Positions 29,492 to 36,809 of a DNA stretch of 64,000 bases are shown here, piece after piece. The DNA lies in NCBI GenBank assembly GCA_003171255.1, contig PMYK01000023.1, positions 113,945-177,944 on the forward strand, in the 5' to 3' direction. Source of the DNA: Chloroflexota bacterium (GTDB lineage Bacteria; Chloroflexota; Limnocylindria; Limnocylindrales; CSP1-4). Positions within the stretch are counted from its first letter, which is position 1. The number at the start of each line of letters is the position of its first letter. The notes below the pieces were generated by a model that was not told the origin of the DNA, did not search any database, and saw only the letters and a program-made list of their open reading frames with translations. Position numbers and translations under genes: made by a program.

Positions 29492-29556
29492 AATCAGTAG
29501 CCGCCGGGTGACCCCAGGGTCACAGTCTGGTGGCGCCGGGGTTGCCGTTCAGGACG
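29492..29556 (-). promoter_or_regulatory. Copy 3 of the conserved module upstream of the second amt
   Basis: AATCAGTA 29492; GGTGAC 29507, GGTCAC 29518, GGTGGC 29529, GGTTGC 29540 (11-bp phase); 78 nt upstream of the amt GTG. Confidence 0.45.
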
Positions 29557-29865
29557 GGGTTCGGGCGAGAGTCGCGCTGCGCAACGTGGCTGGTACCAGT
29601 CGGCTACGCACCTAGCTTGCCGACGCCTCCAGCGGCGTGATCCGATGCGGCAGGTCGATGCAGGCGACACGGCAGCCGCGGGCATCGTGGCCGGGCAGGC
29701 CCCAGAAATGGCGCCAGGCTGCGTCTGGGCCGTGCATGCCACCGTCCGCGAGCGACTCACGAGCCGGCAGCCGCAGGCAGCGCAGGTGAGCACGAACGAA
29801 CCCTCGCGGTGCATGGCGCGCGGCGATTCCGACTCCCCCACCGGCTCGAACTCGTGCAGCTTCAT
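29494..29865 (-). CDS. Possible small Cys-rich hypothetical protein (MKLHEFEPVGESESPRAMHREGSFVLTCAACGCRL...); 3' extent uncertain
   Basis: ATG 29865 with GGAGA 5 nt upstream; third-position GC about 85% for the first 75 codons, dropping afterwards where the frame runs through the amt operator module; no family recognised. Confidence 0.25.
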   Translation of the reverse strand: MKLHEFEPVGESESPRAMHREGSFVLTCAACGCRLVSRSRTVACTAQTQPGAISGACPATMPAAAVSPASTCRIGSRRWRRRQARCVADWYQPRCAARLSPEPRPERQPRRHQTVTLGSPGGY

Positions 29866-30007
29866 CGGGTCTCCGTCCGGCGCAATCGGGCGACTGTTCG
29901 ACGATGCGACTCGGCGGGCCCGGCGTCGAGGCCGCCCGGGTGCCGATTGGGTGGCAGATCGGGACGAGGTCCGCCGGCCTTCCGCACGACCATCCGCCCA
30001 GCTCGCG

Positions 30008-31423
30008 TTACTGCCCGAGCCGCGCTTTCGCGGCGGCAAGGGCGGTGGCCACGCGGCGCGGAGCCGTGCCCCCGGTCACGTCGCAGCCGGCCATGGCACC
30101 TTCCAGCCCGGCGGCCGCACGCAGCTCGCCGGGGACGGCGACATCGCCCACGAGTGCGATCGCGATCGAGTCGTCGGACGTGGCCAGGGCCGCGGCGATC
30201 GTGGCGTCGTCCAGCGCATCGAGCCCGACGCCGGCTCGCTCCGCTTCGGCGACGAGCGCACCAACGACGTGATGAGCGGCCCGGAATGCCACTCCCCGCC
30301 GGACGAGGGCATCGGCCACGGCGGTGGCAGTCGTGTAGCCCTCGCCGGCCGCCGCGCGCATCCGATCGCGGTCTACGGTCAGCGTGGCCACCACTCCGGC
30401 CATGACCAGCAGCGATGCCTCGAGCGTGGCCGCCGCATCGAAGAGCGGCGGCTTGTCGTCCTGCATGTCCTTCTGATACGCCAGCGGCAGGCCCTTGAGC
30501 AGCACCAGCATCGCGGTCAGGTCGCCGATGACCCGGGCGGTCTTGCCCCGCACCAGCTCGGCCGGATCGGGGTTCTTCTTATTGGGCATCATCGACGAGC
30601 CGGTCGAGAACGAGTCGGCCAGGCGCACGAACCCGAAGCGCGGGTTCGACCACCAGGTGATCTCCTCGGCCAGCCGCGACAGATGAACCATGCTCAGGGC
30701 GAACGCGGCCAGCGCCTCAACGACGAAGTCCCGGTCGCTGACACCGTCGAGCGAGTTGGCCGTCACGGCGTCGAAGCCAAGCTCCGTGGCAGTTCCTTCG
30801 CGGTCGAGCGGATAGCCCGCACCCGCCAGCGCGCCCGAGCCGAGCGGGCAGACGTTCGCCCGCCGCCGGCAGTCCGCCAGCCGTCCCCTGTCGCGTTCGA
30901 GCATCTCGACATATGCCAGCAGGTGGTGGGCGAACAACACCGGCTGGGCCGGCTGGATGTGGGTCATGCCCGGCAGGATCGCCTCGCCCTCGCGGTCGGC
31001 CAGTCCGACGAGCGCTCGCTCCATCTCGACGACCGCCGCGTCGAGACCGTCGATCGTCCGGCGCAGCCAGAGCCTGAGGTCGGTGGCGACCTGGTCGTTG
31101 CGCGACCGGCCCGTGTGGAGCCGCCCGGCGACCGGCCCGATCCGCTCGCGCAGCGCGACCTCGAGGTTCATGTGGATGTCCTCGAGCGCCGGATCCCAGG
31201 TCAGCTTGCCGGCCTCGACTTCGGCCCGCAGGCCCTCGAGCCCGGCGACCAGCGTCTCGACCTCGTCGGGATCAAGGAGGCCGGCACGACCGAGTCCGTG
31301 GACATGGGCGATGGAACCGGCGATGTCGTCGACGGCCAGAACGTCATCGAAATCGATCGAACGCGTGAACTCGGCCATGCGCTCGTCCGATGTGCCCTCG
31401 AATCGACCACCCCACATCCGCAT
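30008..31423 (-). CDS. argH: Argininosuccinate lyase
   Basis: ATG 31423 with AGGAGGAG 5 nt upstream; fumarate-lyase signature GSSMMPNKKNPD and ArgH conserved blocks; the long upstream extension in the ORF track (to 32524) is a frame artifact overlapping the MFS gene. Confidence 0.9.
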   Translation of the reverse strand: MRMWGGRFEGTSDERMAEFTRSIDFDDVLAVDDIAGSIAHVHGLGRAGLLDPDEVETLVAGLEGLRAEVEAGKLTWDPALEDIHMNLEVALRERIGPVAGRLHTGRSRNDQVATDLRLWLRRTIDGLDAAVVEMERALVGLADREGEAILPGMTHIQPAQPVLFAHHLLAYVEMLERDRGRLADCRRRANVCPLGSGALAGAGYPLDREGTATELGFDAVTANSLDGVSDRDFVVEALAAFALSMVHLSRLAEEITWWSNPRFGFVRLADSFSTGSSMMPNKKNPDPAELVRGKTARVIGDLTAMLVLLKGLPLAYQKDMQDDKPPLFDAAATLEASLLVMAGVVATLTVDRDRMRAAAGEGYTTATAVADALVRRGVAFRAAHHVVGALVAEAERAGVGLDALDDATIAAALATSDDSIAIALVGDVAVPGELRAAAGLEGAMAGCDVTGGTAPRRVATALAAAKARLGQ

Positions 31424-31530
31424 CGCTGCTCCTCCTGTGGGGCTCATGGTACCGGCGCCGGAGCGCCCGCGCGACGACGCGGCGCGGCGGCTGGCAACGC
31501 GGCCGCGGCGTTCGACCGAGGCAGCTCTGG

Positions 31531-32805
31531 CTAGGTGCCGACCACCGTCAGCGGCTCCATTGCGACCGGTTCGACCGCGGCGCGCGAGACTCGCGTATGG
31601 GCCGGCAGCGCCAGCACGGAGATCACGCCGCCCACGGCCGTCGCTCCGGCCAGGAACCAGAACACCACCTCCGTGCCGCCGAGCTTGTAGATGAAGGCGC
31701 CGGCCAGGTTCGACAGGACGGCGGCCGCCCCGAAAGCCACCGATTGGTACAGAGTCTGACCCGTCGAAACCAGCCTCTGCGGCAGGATGGTGGCCATCGT
31801 GATCACGAATGAGACCGTGACCCCGGCGAAGAAGAGGCCGGCCACCATCTTCGTGGCCGTGATCACCAGCGGCTCCGTCACGAGGGCCCAGGTGCCGAAC
31901 ACCATTGCCAGGCCCAGGGCCGAGACACCGAGGACGGGTCTGATCCCGTAGCGGACGGCGAGCCAGCTGGCCAGGATCATCCCGGGCACCTCGGCCGATG
32001 CGCCGAGACCGTTGGCGAACCCGATCGTCGAAGGGCCGCCCCCGAGCGCCTGCAGCCGCAACGTGATGAAGGTGCCGCCGCCCATGATGCCGATGAAGAT
32101 CCCCAGGCAGCCGATCAGTATGGCGATCAGCCGCGGCCGGCCGTTCAGCGCGTCGGAGACGGACCCGAAGCGGCCGTGGCCGGTGGCGGTCGCTGGACCG
32201 CTCGGCCTGGGGTTGGCCTGAGCTGGCTTCCCGGTGCCGGCAACGGTCACGGCCTTCTCGGCCGGCGTGCGTCCGCCGTGGCCCTGCGGGATCCGCACGG
32301 CGATGAAGGCGATCGCGATCGTTGTCAGCGCCCCGGCGACTGGGGCCACCACATAGCCCGTATGGTCGTAGAGGACGCCCGATACGATCGCGAACACCCC
32401 GCCGCCCAGGCTGCCGAGCATCCTTAGCCGGCCGTATTCGCGCTGCGGGTCGGCCAGTCCGGAGACTGCCTGGGCATCGGTCAGAGCGCTGATCGCGCCG
32501 CCGGTCGCAGACCCGGCCACGCATAGCAGCAGGATCGGCAGGACGGGCAGCGGCAGGGCCAGGCCAAGCACGAGCACGGCCGCAGGTATGGCTGCCAGCT
32601 GGAGCGCTCGACGCGTTCCGACTACGGCGTCGCCGAGATGGCCCCAGACCGGCAGGGCGAGCCAGAATGCGAGCGACCCCAGGCTCCCGCAGATCGCCAC
32701 CAGCGGGGCGTCGAAGCCGTGCCAGGTCAGGATCACCGGCACGAACGCGTAGAAGGTGCCGTAAACAGCACCGTTGGCGAGGTAGAGAATCCGGAGCCAG
32801 CGCAT
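31531..32805 (-). CDS. MFS transporter
   Basis: 12 predicted TM segments with a central cytoplasmic loop, MFS-like; no further subfamily assignment. Confidence 0.75.
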   Translation of the reverse strand: MRWLRILYLANGAVYGTFYAFVPVILTWHGFDAPLVAICGSLGSLAFWLALPVWGHLGDAVVGTRRALQLAAIPAAVLVLGLALPLPVLPILLLCVAGSATGGAISALTDAQAVSGLADPQREYGRLRMLGSLGGGVFAIVSGVLYDHTGYVVAPVAGALTTIAIAFIAVRIPQGHGGRTPAEKAVTVAGTGKPAQANPRPSGPATATGHGRFGSVSDALNGRPRLIAILIGCLGIFIGIMGGGTFITLRLQALGGGPSTIGFANGLGASAEVPGMILASWLAVRYGIRPVLGVSALGLAMVFGTWALVTEPLVITATKMVAGLFFAGVTVSFVITMATILPQRLVSTGQTLYQSVAFGAAAVLSNLAGAFIYKLGGTEVVFWFLAGATAVGGVISVLALPAHTRVSRAAVEPVAMEPLTVVGT

Positions 32806-32863
32806 CCGGAAATGGTACCCTCGGCCGCCTCCGGGCTACCTCATCGGCCTTACGTAGGCCCTA

Positions 32864-33070
32864 TTGGGGTGCTGGCAGTCGCGGGACCATTGGCATACCG
32901 TTGGAGCGCGACGTGACGTCCATCGGCTGAACTGCGTCATCCACCTCCTCTCGTCGATCCCGTACGAAGACACAACGCCGGACCAGATCGTCCTTCCGCC
33001 TCAACAGGTCGACACGACCTACGTCCGCCCTCCGCTCAAGAAGCAGCACTTCGTTCCCGAAACGCACTGA
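32864..33070 (+). CDS. Possible small hypothetical protein (about 68 aa, ...LNCVIHLLSSIPYEDTTPDQIVLPPQQVDTTYVRPPLKKQHFVPETH)
   Basis: Third-position GC about 78% on this frame against about 60% for the antisense frame; ends 35 nt before the ligase-like gene; only a TTG start and a weak RBS. Confidence 0.25.
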   Translation: MGCWQSRDHWHTVGARRDVHRLNCVIHLLSSIPYEDTTPDQIVLPPQQVDTTYVRPPLKKQHFVPETH

Positions 33071-33104
33071 CGGGCCCGGCTCCGGCAGGGTTTAGTATCG
33101 GGAC

Positions 33105-33839
33105 GTGTCCGACCAGCTCTCGCTGAGCCTCACCGGCGACGTGGCGCGCCTGCCACGGTCGATGCGGCCGATGCTGCCCAAACCCGCCGACGCCGCCTTC
33201 GACTCGGACGAGCACGTCTTCGAGCCACGCTGGGGTGGGCGCCGCGTCCTGGCGTTCATCGAGCCCGATCGTCCGGATCGCGGCCCGCGCCTGCGCCTGG
33301 TCGATGACAACGGCCGCGACCTGACCGCGTACTTCCCGGAGCTGGCCACCCTCGCCGACCTGGTGGGCGATCTGCCGGCCATCCTCGACGGCGAGCTCGT
33401 GATGCCCGACAAGGTCGGTCGGATGGACGAGGACGCCATGGCCGGCCGCATCTCCGACGGTGAGACTTCCGGTACAACGCCCGTCTATCTCGCCTTCGAC
33501 CTGCTCTGGGCCGGCGGCCGACCGATCATCGCCCAACCTCTCCTGCGCCGCCGCGAGCGACTGGCCAGGATCATCCACGCCGGCGCCGAGCTGGTGGTTC
33601 TGCCCGGCGTAGTCCGCGATGGCCTGGACCTCTACTCTGCGGTGGCCCAGCAGGGGCTGCACGGCGTCATGGCTCGCCACCTGCGGAGCCCCTACCTGCC
33701 GGGACGTCGCAGCGAGCTGTGGCGCTGGATCGCCTCTCAGCCCGGCGAGATGCCGCTCCATGCCGTGCCGGACCCGATTGTGGAAGTCCCGCAGCGGCCC
33801 GTCCTGGCGCTGATCCAGAGACTGCCCCTCGAGGACTGA
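33105..33839 (+). CDS. ATP-dependent DNA ligase-like protein, adenylation-domain only, with the catalytic lysine substituted (probable inactive paralog or relic)
   Basis: Ligase motifs recognisable but degenerate: motif I EPRWGGRR (expected K-x-D-G-x-R), motif III LDGELV, IIIa VYLAFDLL, IV GLHGVMARH (K to R), V RRSELWRWI (K to R/W); no OB-fold domain before the stop. Confidence 0.55.
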   Translation: MSDQLSLSLTGDVARLPRSMRPMLPKPADAAFDSDEHVFEPRWGGRRVLAFIEPDRPDRGPRLRLVDDNGRDLTAYFPELATLADLVGDLPAILDGELVMPDKVGRMDEDAMAGRISDGETSGTTPVYLAFDLLWAGGRPIIAQPLLRRRERLARIIHAGAELVVLPGVVRDGLDLYSAVAQQGLHGVMARHLRSPYLPGRRSELWRWIASQPGEMPLHAVPDPIVEVPQRPVLALIQRLPLED

Positions 33840-33846
33840 GAGTGTC

Positions 33847-35154
33847 CTAGCGAGAGACGCGGGCCGCCAGGAAGACCTGCCGGAGGCTGACGCGCTGGCC
33901 GTAGAGGAGAACGCCGGCACTGTAGATGCGGGCCGCGACGAACAGGGCAACGCCAACGCTGATCAACAGCACCAGAGCAGACAGGCCGAACTCCCACATC
34001 TCCACATGGCCCGCAGAGACCCGCGCCAGCATCAGGTATGGGCTGAAGAAGGGCACGAACGAGGCGATCTTGACCCACGAATCGTCGATCGCCTGGAGTC
34101 CAAGGATGGACATGAAGTAGCCCGCCATGACCAGCATCGTCAGTGGCGAGGCCGCGCTCTGGACGTCCTCCTGCCGGCTCACGAGCGAGCCGAGGGCCGC
34201 GTAAAGCAGCGAGTACATGAGAAAGCCAAGCACGAACAGGACCACGAACGCGGCCAGGACCGTTGGGTCCATGCCGCCGAATGGAGTGCCCGTCGACGTC
34301 CCAACTACCGCCTTGTGAATCTGGCCTTGAGCGAGGAGCCCACCCACCACCGCGGCCAGGATGATCCCGTATTGCGTCAACCCCGCCGCACCGTTGCCGA
34401 TGACCTTGCCGGCGAGCATCTGCAGCGGCGTGGTGGCGTTGAGCATCAGCTCCATGACCCGGCTGCCCTTCTCCTCGGCCACGCTCATTGCGACCCACTG
34501 ACCGTAGGTGATGATGGCCATGAAGATCAGCATGATCAACCCGGTGGAGAGCAGGTTGGTCGAGACCTCGTGGCTGATGCTGTTAGTGCCCGCCGAAGCC
34601 GCATTCGTCGGGCCGATCGTGAGCGCGAACGGGGCCGTCAGGGCGCCGGTCGATGTACCGGCCCGGAATAGCCTGTCATCGATCTCCAGGGACAGGAGGG
34701 CATCGACGATCGAACTGACCGCGGGCCCGTCCTGAGGGGTGTCGGTTCGAAGGGTGAACCCAAGGTCATTGGTGGCGGGGTCTCGAGCGACGATGAGGAG
34801 CGCGTCGTACTTGCCCTTCTCGAGGTCCTTCTGCGTCGCCGCGACATCCCCGCCGGGCAGCCAGCTGAGCACAAAGGCCTTGTGAGTGTTCGGGTCACCC
34901 GCCGGCCCGTTGAGCTGACCGTCGAGCACCGAGAGAGAGTCCGAGGGCATGCCTGCCGCCTCGACGACGACGGCGATGCGAGTCTGACTGGTGGTGATGG
35001 AGTAGTCGATCAGCACCGGCAGCTGGGTCGCGGCGAAGGCGACCAACGCCAGTAGACCAGTGCCGACGACGAAGCTGCGGGTCCGCGCCCGAGCGCGATA
35101 CTCGCGAACGGCTATGTGCCAGGCGTTGGGAAAGAGAGTCCGCCAGCCCTTCAT
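33847..35154 (-). CDS. ABC-2 family transporter permease
   Basis: N-terminal TM helix, large extracytoplasmic domain, then five C-terminal TM helices; 4-nt overlap with the upstream ATPase gene. Confidence 0.7.
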   Translation of the reverse strand: MKGWRTLFPNAWHIAVREYRARARTRSFVVGTGLLALVAFAATQLPVLIDYSITTSQTRIAVVVEAAGMPSDSLSVLDGQLNGPAGDPNTHKAFVLSWLPGGDVAATQKDLEKGKYDALLIVARDPATNDLGFTLRTDTPQDGPAVSSIVDALLSLEIDDRLFRAGTSTGALTAPFALTIGPTNAASAGTNSISHEVSTNLLSTGLIMLIFMAIITYGQWVAMSVAEEKGSRVMELMLNATTPLQMLAGKVIGNGAAGLTQYGIILAAVVGGLLAQGQIHKAVVGTSTGTPFGGMDPTVLAAFVVLFVLGFLMYSLLYAALGSLVSRQEDVQSAASPLTMLVMAGYFMSILGLQAIDDSWVKIASFVPFFSPYLMLARVSAGHVEMWEFGLSALVLLISVGVALFVAARIYSAGVLLYGQRVSLRQVFLAARVSR

Positions 35155-36092
35155 GCCGGCACCTTAGGAGCCAGGGTCCGCTCCGTGGTATCGATCTGGC
35201 CGACGTGCTCGATGAATATCTGCTCGAGCGACGGGTCGGCGATCTCGAAATGGGTGACCTTGAGGCCTCTCTCCAGGGCGGCGTGGAGCACGACCTCCGG
35301 GTCATGGCCACTGGGCACCTGCATTTCCGTGTAGTCCTGACCGCGTCGTGTGACTCGCACACCGTCCAGCTCCGCCAGCCAGGCCATCTCCGGATCTCCC
35401 TCCACCGCCAGACGGACCATCTGCCGGCCGCCGGAGCGGCGGACGTCGCGGACCGACCCGCTGACGACCACACGCCCGCGGTCGACGATGGCAATCGACT
35501 CGCACAACTCCTCGACCGTCTCCATCTGGTGAGTCGAAAAGATGAGCGTCTTGCCCCGTTCCTTGATCTCGAGGAACGCCTCCTTGAGTAGCGCGACGTT
35601 GACCGGATCGAGGCCCGTGAAGGGCTCGTCCATGAGCAGCACCTGCGGGTCGTGCAGGATGGCCGCGATGAACTGGATCTTCTGCTGATTCCCCTTGGAC
35701 AGCTGCTCGGCCCGCCGGTCCGCGTACTCCGGGATCCGAAAACGCTCCAGCCAGCCGCGCGCCTCGCGTTCGGCCACCTTGCCCCGCACGCCGTGCAGCT
35801 TGGCGAACAAGACGAGCTGCTCGAGGACATTCATCTTGGCGTACAGGCCGCGCTCTTCAGGCAGGTAGCCCCATGTCTCCCGCGGCAGGTCCGTGTTGAA
35901 CCGGCCATTCCAGGCGATGGTCCCCGAGTCGGGCCGCAGGATGTCCAACACGATGCGCATGGCGGTGGTCTTGCCGGCGCCATTGGCGCCCAACAGGCCG
36001 AAGACCTCGCCTGGCTTGATCTCCAGCGAGACTTCCTCGAGAGCCTGGACATCGCCGAACCGTTTGGAGACCGAGTCGATGATCAGGGACAT
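35151..36092 (-). CDS. ABC transporter ATP-binding protein (with C-terminal DUF4162-like domain)
   Basis: ATG 36092 (GAGG 8 nt upstream); Walker A GANGAGKTT, Q-loop, signature LSKGNQQKIQ, Walker B LLMDEPFTGLD. Confidence 0.85.
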   Translation of the reverse strand: MSLIIDSVSKRFGDVQALEEVSLEIKPGEVFGLLGANGAGKTTAMRIVLDILRPDSGTIAWNGRFNTDLPRETWGYLPEERGLYAKMNVLEQLVLFAKLHGVRGKVAEREARGWLERFRIPEYADRRAEQLSKGNQQKIQFIAAILHDPQVLLMDEPFTGLDPVNVALLKEAFLEIKERGKTLIFSTHQMETVEELCESIAIVDRGRVVVSGSVRDVRRSGGRQMVRLAVEGDPEMAWLAELDGVRVTRRGQDYTEMQVPSGHDPEVVLHAALERGLKVTHFEIADPSLEQIFIEHVGQIDTTERTLAPKVPA

Positions 36093-36169
36093 TCGCTGAA
36101 CCTCAGGCTGGATATCCGCTGCCCGTGCCTGCGTCAATTATGGTCGAGGGGCCGACATTGGGTCGCGGA

Positions 36170-36568
36170 TCACTGCCGCCATCTGTACCACAGGATGCCA
36201 CCGAGGTAGAAGATCGCGAAGGTTGCACCCAACCAGGCATATGGCATCCAGTCGCCGCCGCCAAACTCCGTGATCAGGAATGCGGCCACGAGGATCACCG
36301 CTATGGCCGCGCCGGCCATAGCCAGAGCCTTCATGTTGATGGACTCCCAGCGCTCGTCGACCGGCAGACCGGACAGCAGGCTGGCCGTCTCGCTCCTCGA
36401 CTGGCGGAGGCGCAAGCCCAGGGCATAGGCGGCGCAGATCGCGAAAGCGATAAAGGCCTGCAAAGGCGTCGCGTTTCGGCCAAGCGCGGCAGCTGCCATC
36501 AGCAGACCGATCACGAAGCCGACCGCCGGCACGAGCCACCTATTCATGCGCGTCATCGTGGAAGACAT
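36170..36568 (-). CDS. Small membrane protein (DUF2178-like), commonly paired with XRE regulators
   Basis: Four hydrophobic helices; lies directly downstream of the HTH gene; start ambiguous among three in-frame ATGs. Confidence 0.5.
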   Translation of the reverse strand: MSSTMTRMNRWLVPAVGFVIGLLMAAAALGRNATPLQAFIAFAICAAYALGLRLRQSRSETASLLSGLPVDERWESINMKALAMAGAAIAVILVAAFLITEFGGGDWMPYAWLGATFAIFYLGGILWYRWRQ

Positions 36569-36740
36569 TCTCGAGAGCCTTTCCGAAGAACCGCCCTATG
36601 GCCAGGGCCAGCGGAAGCGACGGCAGGTACCGTCCTGTCTCGATGGCATTGACCGTCTGCCGCGAAACGCCCAGTTCCCTGGCCAGATCGCCCTGGCTCA
36701 GCGACCTGCCTTCGCGCAGCTTCCGGACGTCGTTCTGCAT
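36540..36740 (-). CDS. XRE-family helix-turn-helix transcriptional regulator (66 aa)
   Basis: HTH_3 signature LSQGDLARELGVSRQTVNAIETGRY; ATG 36740 preferred because the upstream part of the 36776 ORF has low third-position GC and contains the promoter. Confidence 0.7.
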   Translation of the reverse strand: MQNDVRKLREGRSLSQGDLARELGVSRQTVNAIETGRYLPSLPLALAIGRFFGKALENVFHDDAHE

Positions 36741-36754
36741 GGCTGTAAAGCTAG

Positions 36755-36777
36755 CTTGACATCTTCGCCCTGTCAAG
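36755..36777 (-). promoter_or_regulatory. Promoter/operator for the XRE operon: inverted repeat CTTGACA-n9-TGTCAAG overlapping a TTGACA -35 box; TAGCTT -10 box 7 nt before the ATG
   Basis: Seen directly on the minus strand: CTTGACAGGGCGAAGATGTCAAGCTAGCTTTACAGCCATG; consistent with a leaderless, autoregulated transcript. Confidence 0.35.
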
Positions 36778-36809
36778 TCTCCTTTACAGACGCTGTCGGT
36801 AGGACGACC

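Noticed and set aside
26560-29570. Possible glutamine/nitrogen riboswitch in the amt leaders
   Set aside because: The conserved elements are hexamers on an exact 11-bp phase with variable sequence between them, the hallmark of protein-binding direct repeats; no resemblance to the glnA-RNA (glutamine riboswitch) consensus was found.
29645-31534. 629-aa plus-strand ORF
   Set aside because: Antisense to argH and the Cys-rich ORF, no family signal, Arg/Gly/Pro-rich composition typical of GC-driven frame artifacts.
31424-32524. Upstream 367 codons of the 838-aa ORF containing argH
   Set aside because: Low-complexity Arg/Gly/Asp translation overlapping the well-supported MFS transporter gene in another frame; argH has a strong RBS at the internal ATG 31423.
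36741-36776. Longer N-terminus for the XRE regulator (TTG 36776) with adjacent AAGGAG
   Set aside because: SD-start spacing of only 2 nt, low third-position GC, and the segment contains the TTGACA/TAGCTT promoter and operator; ATG 36740 preferred.
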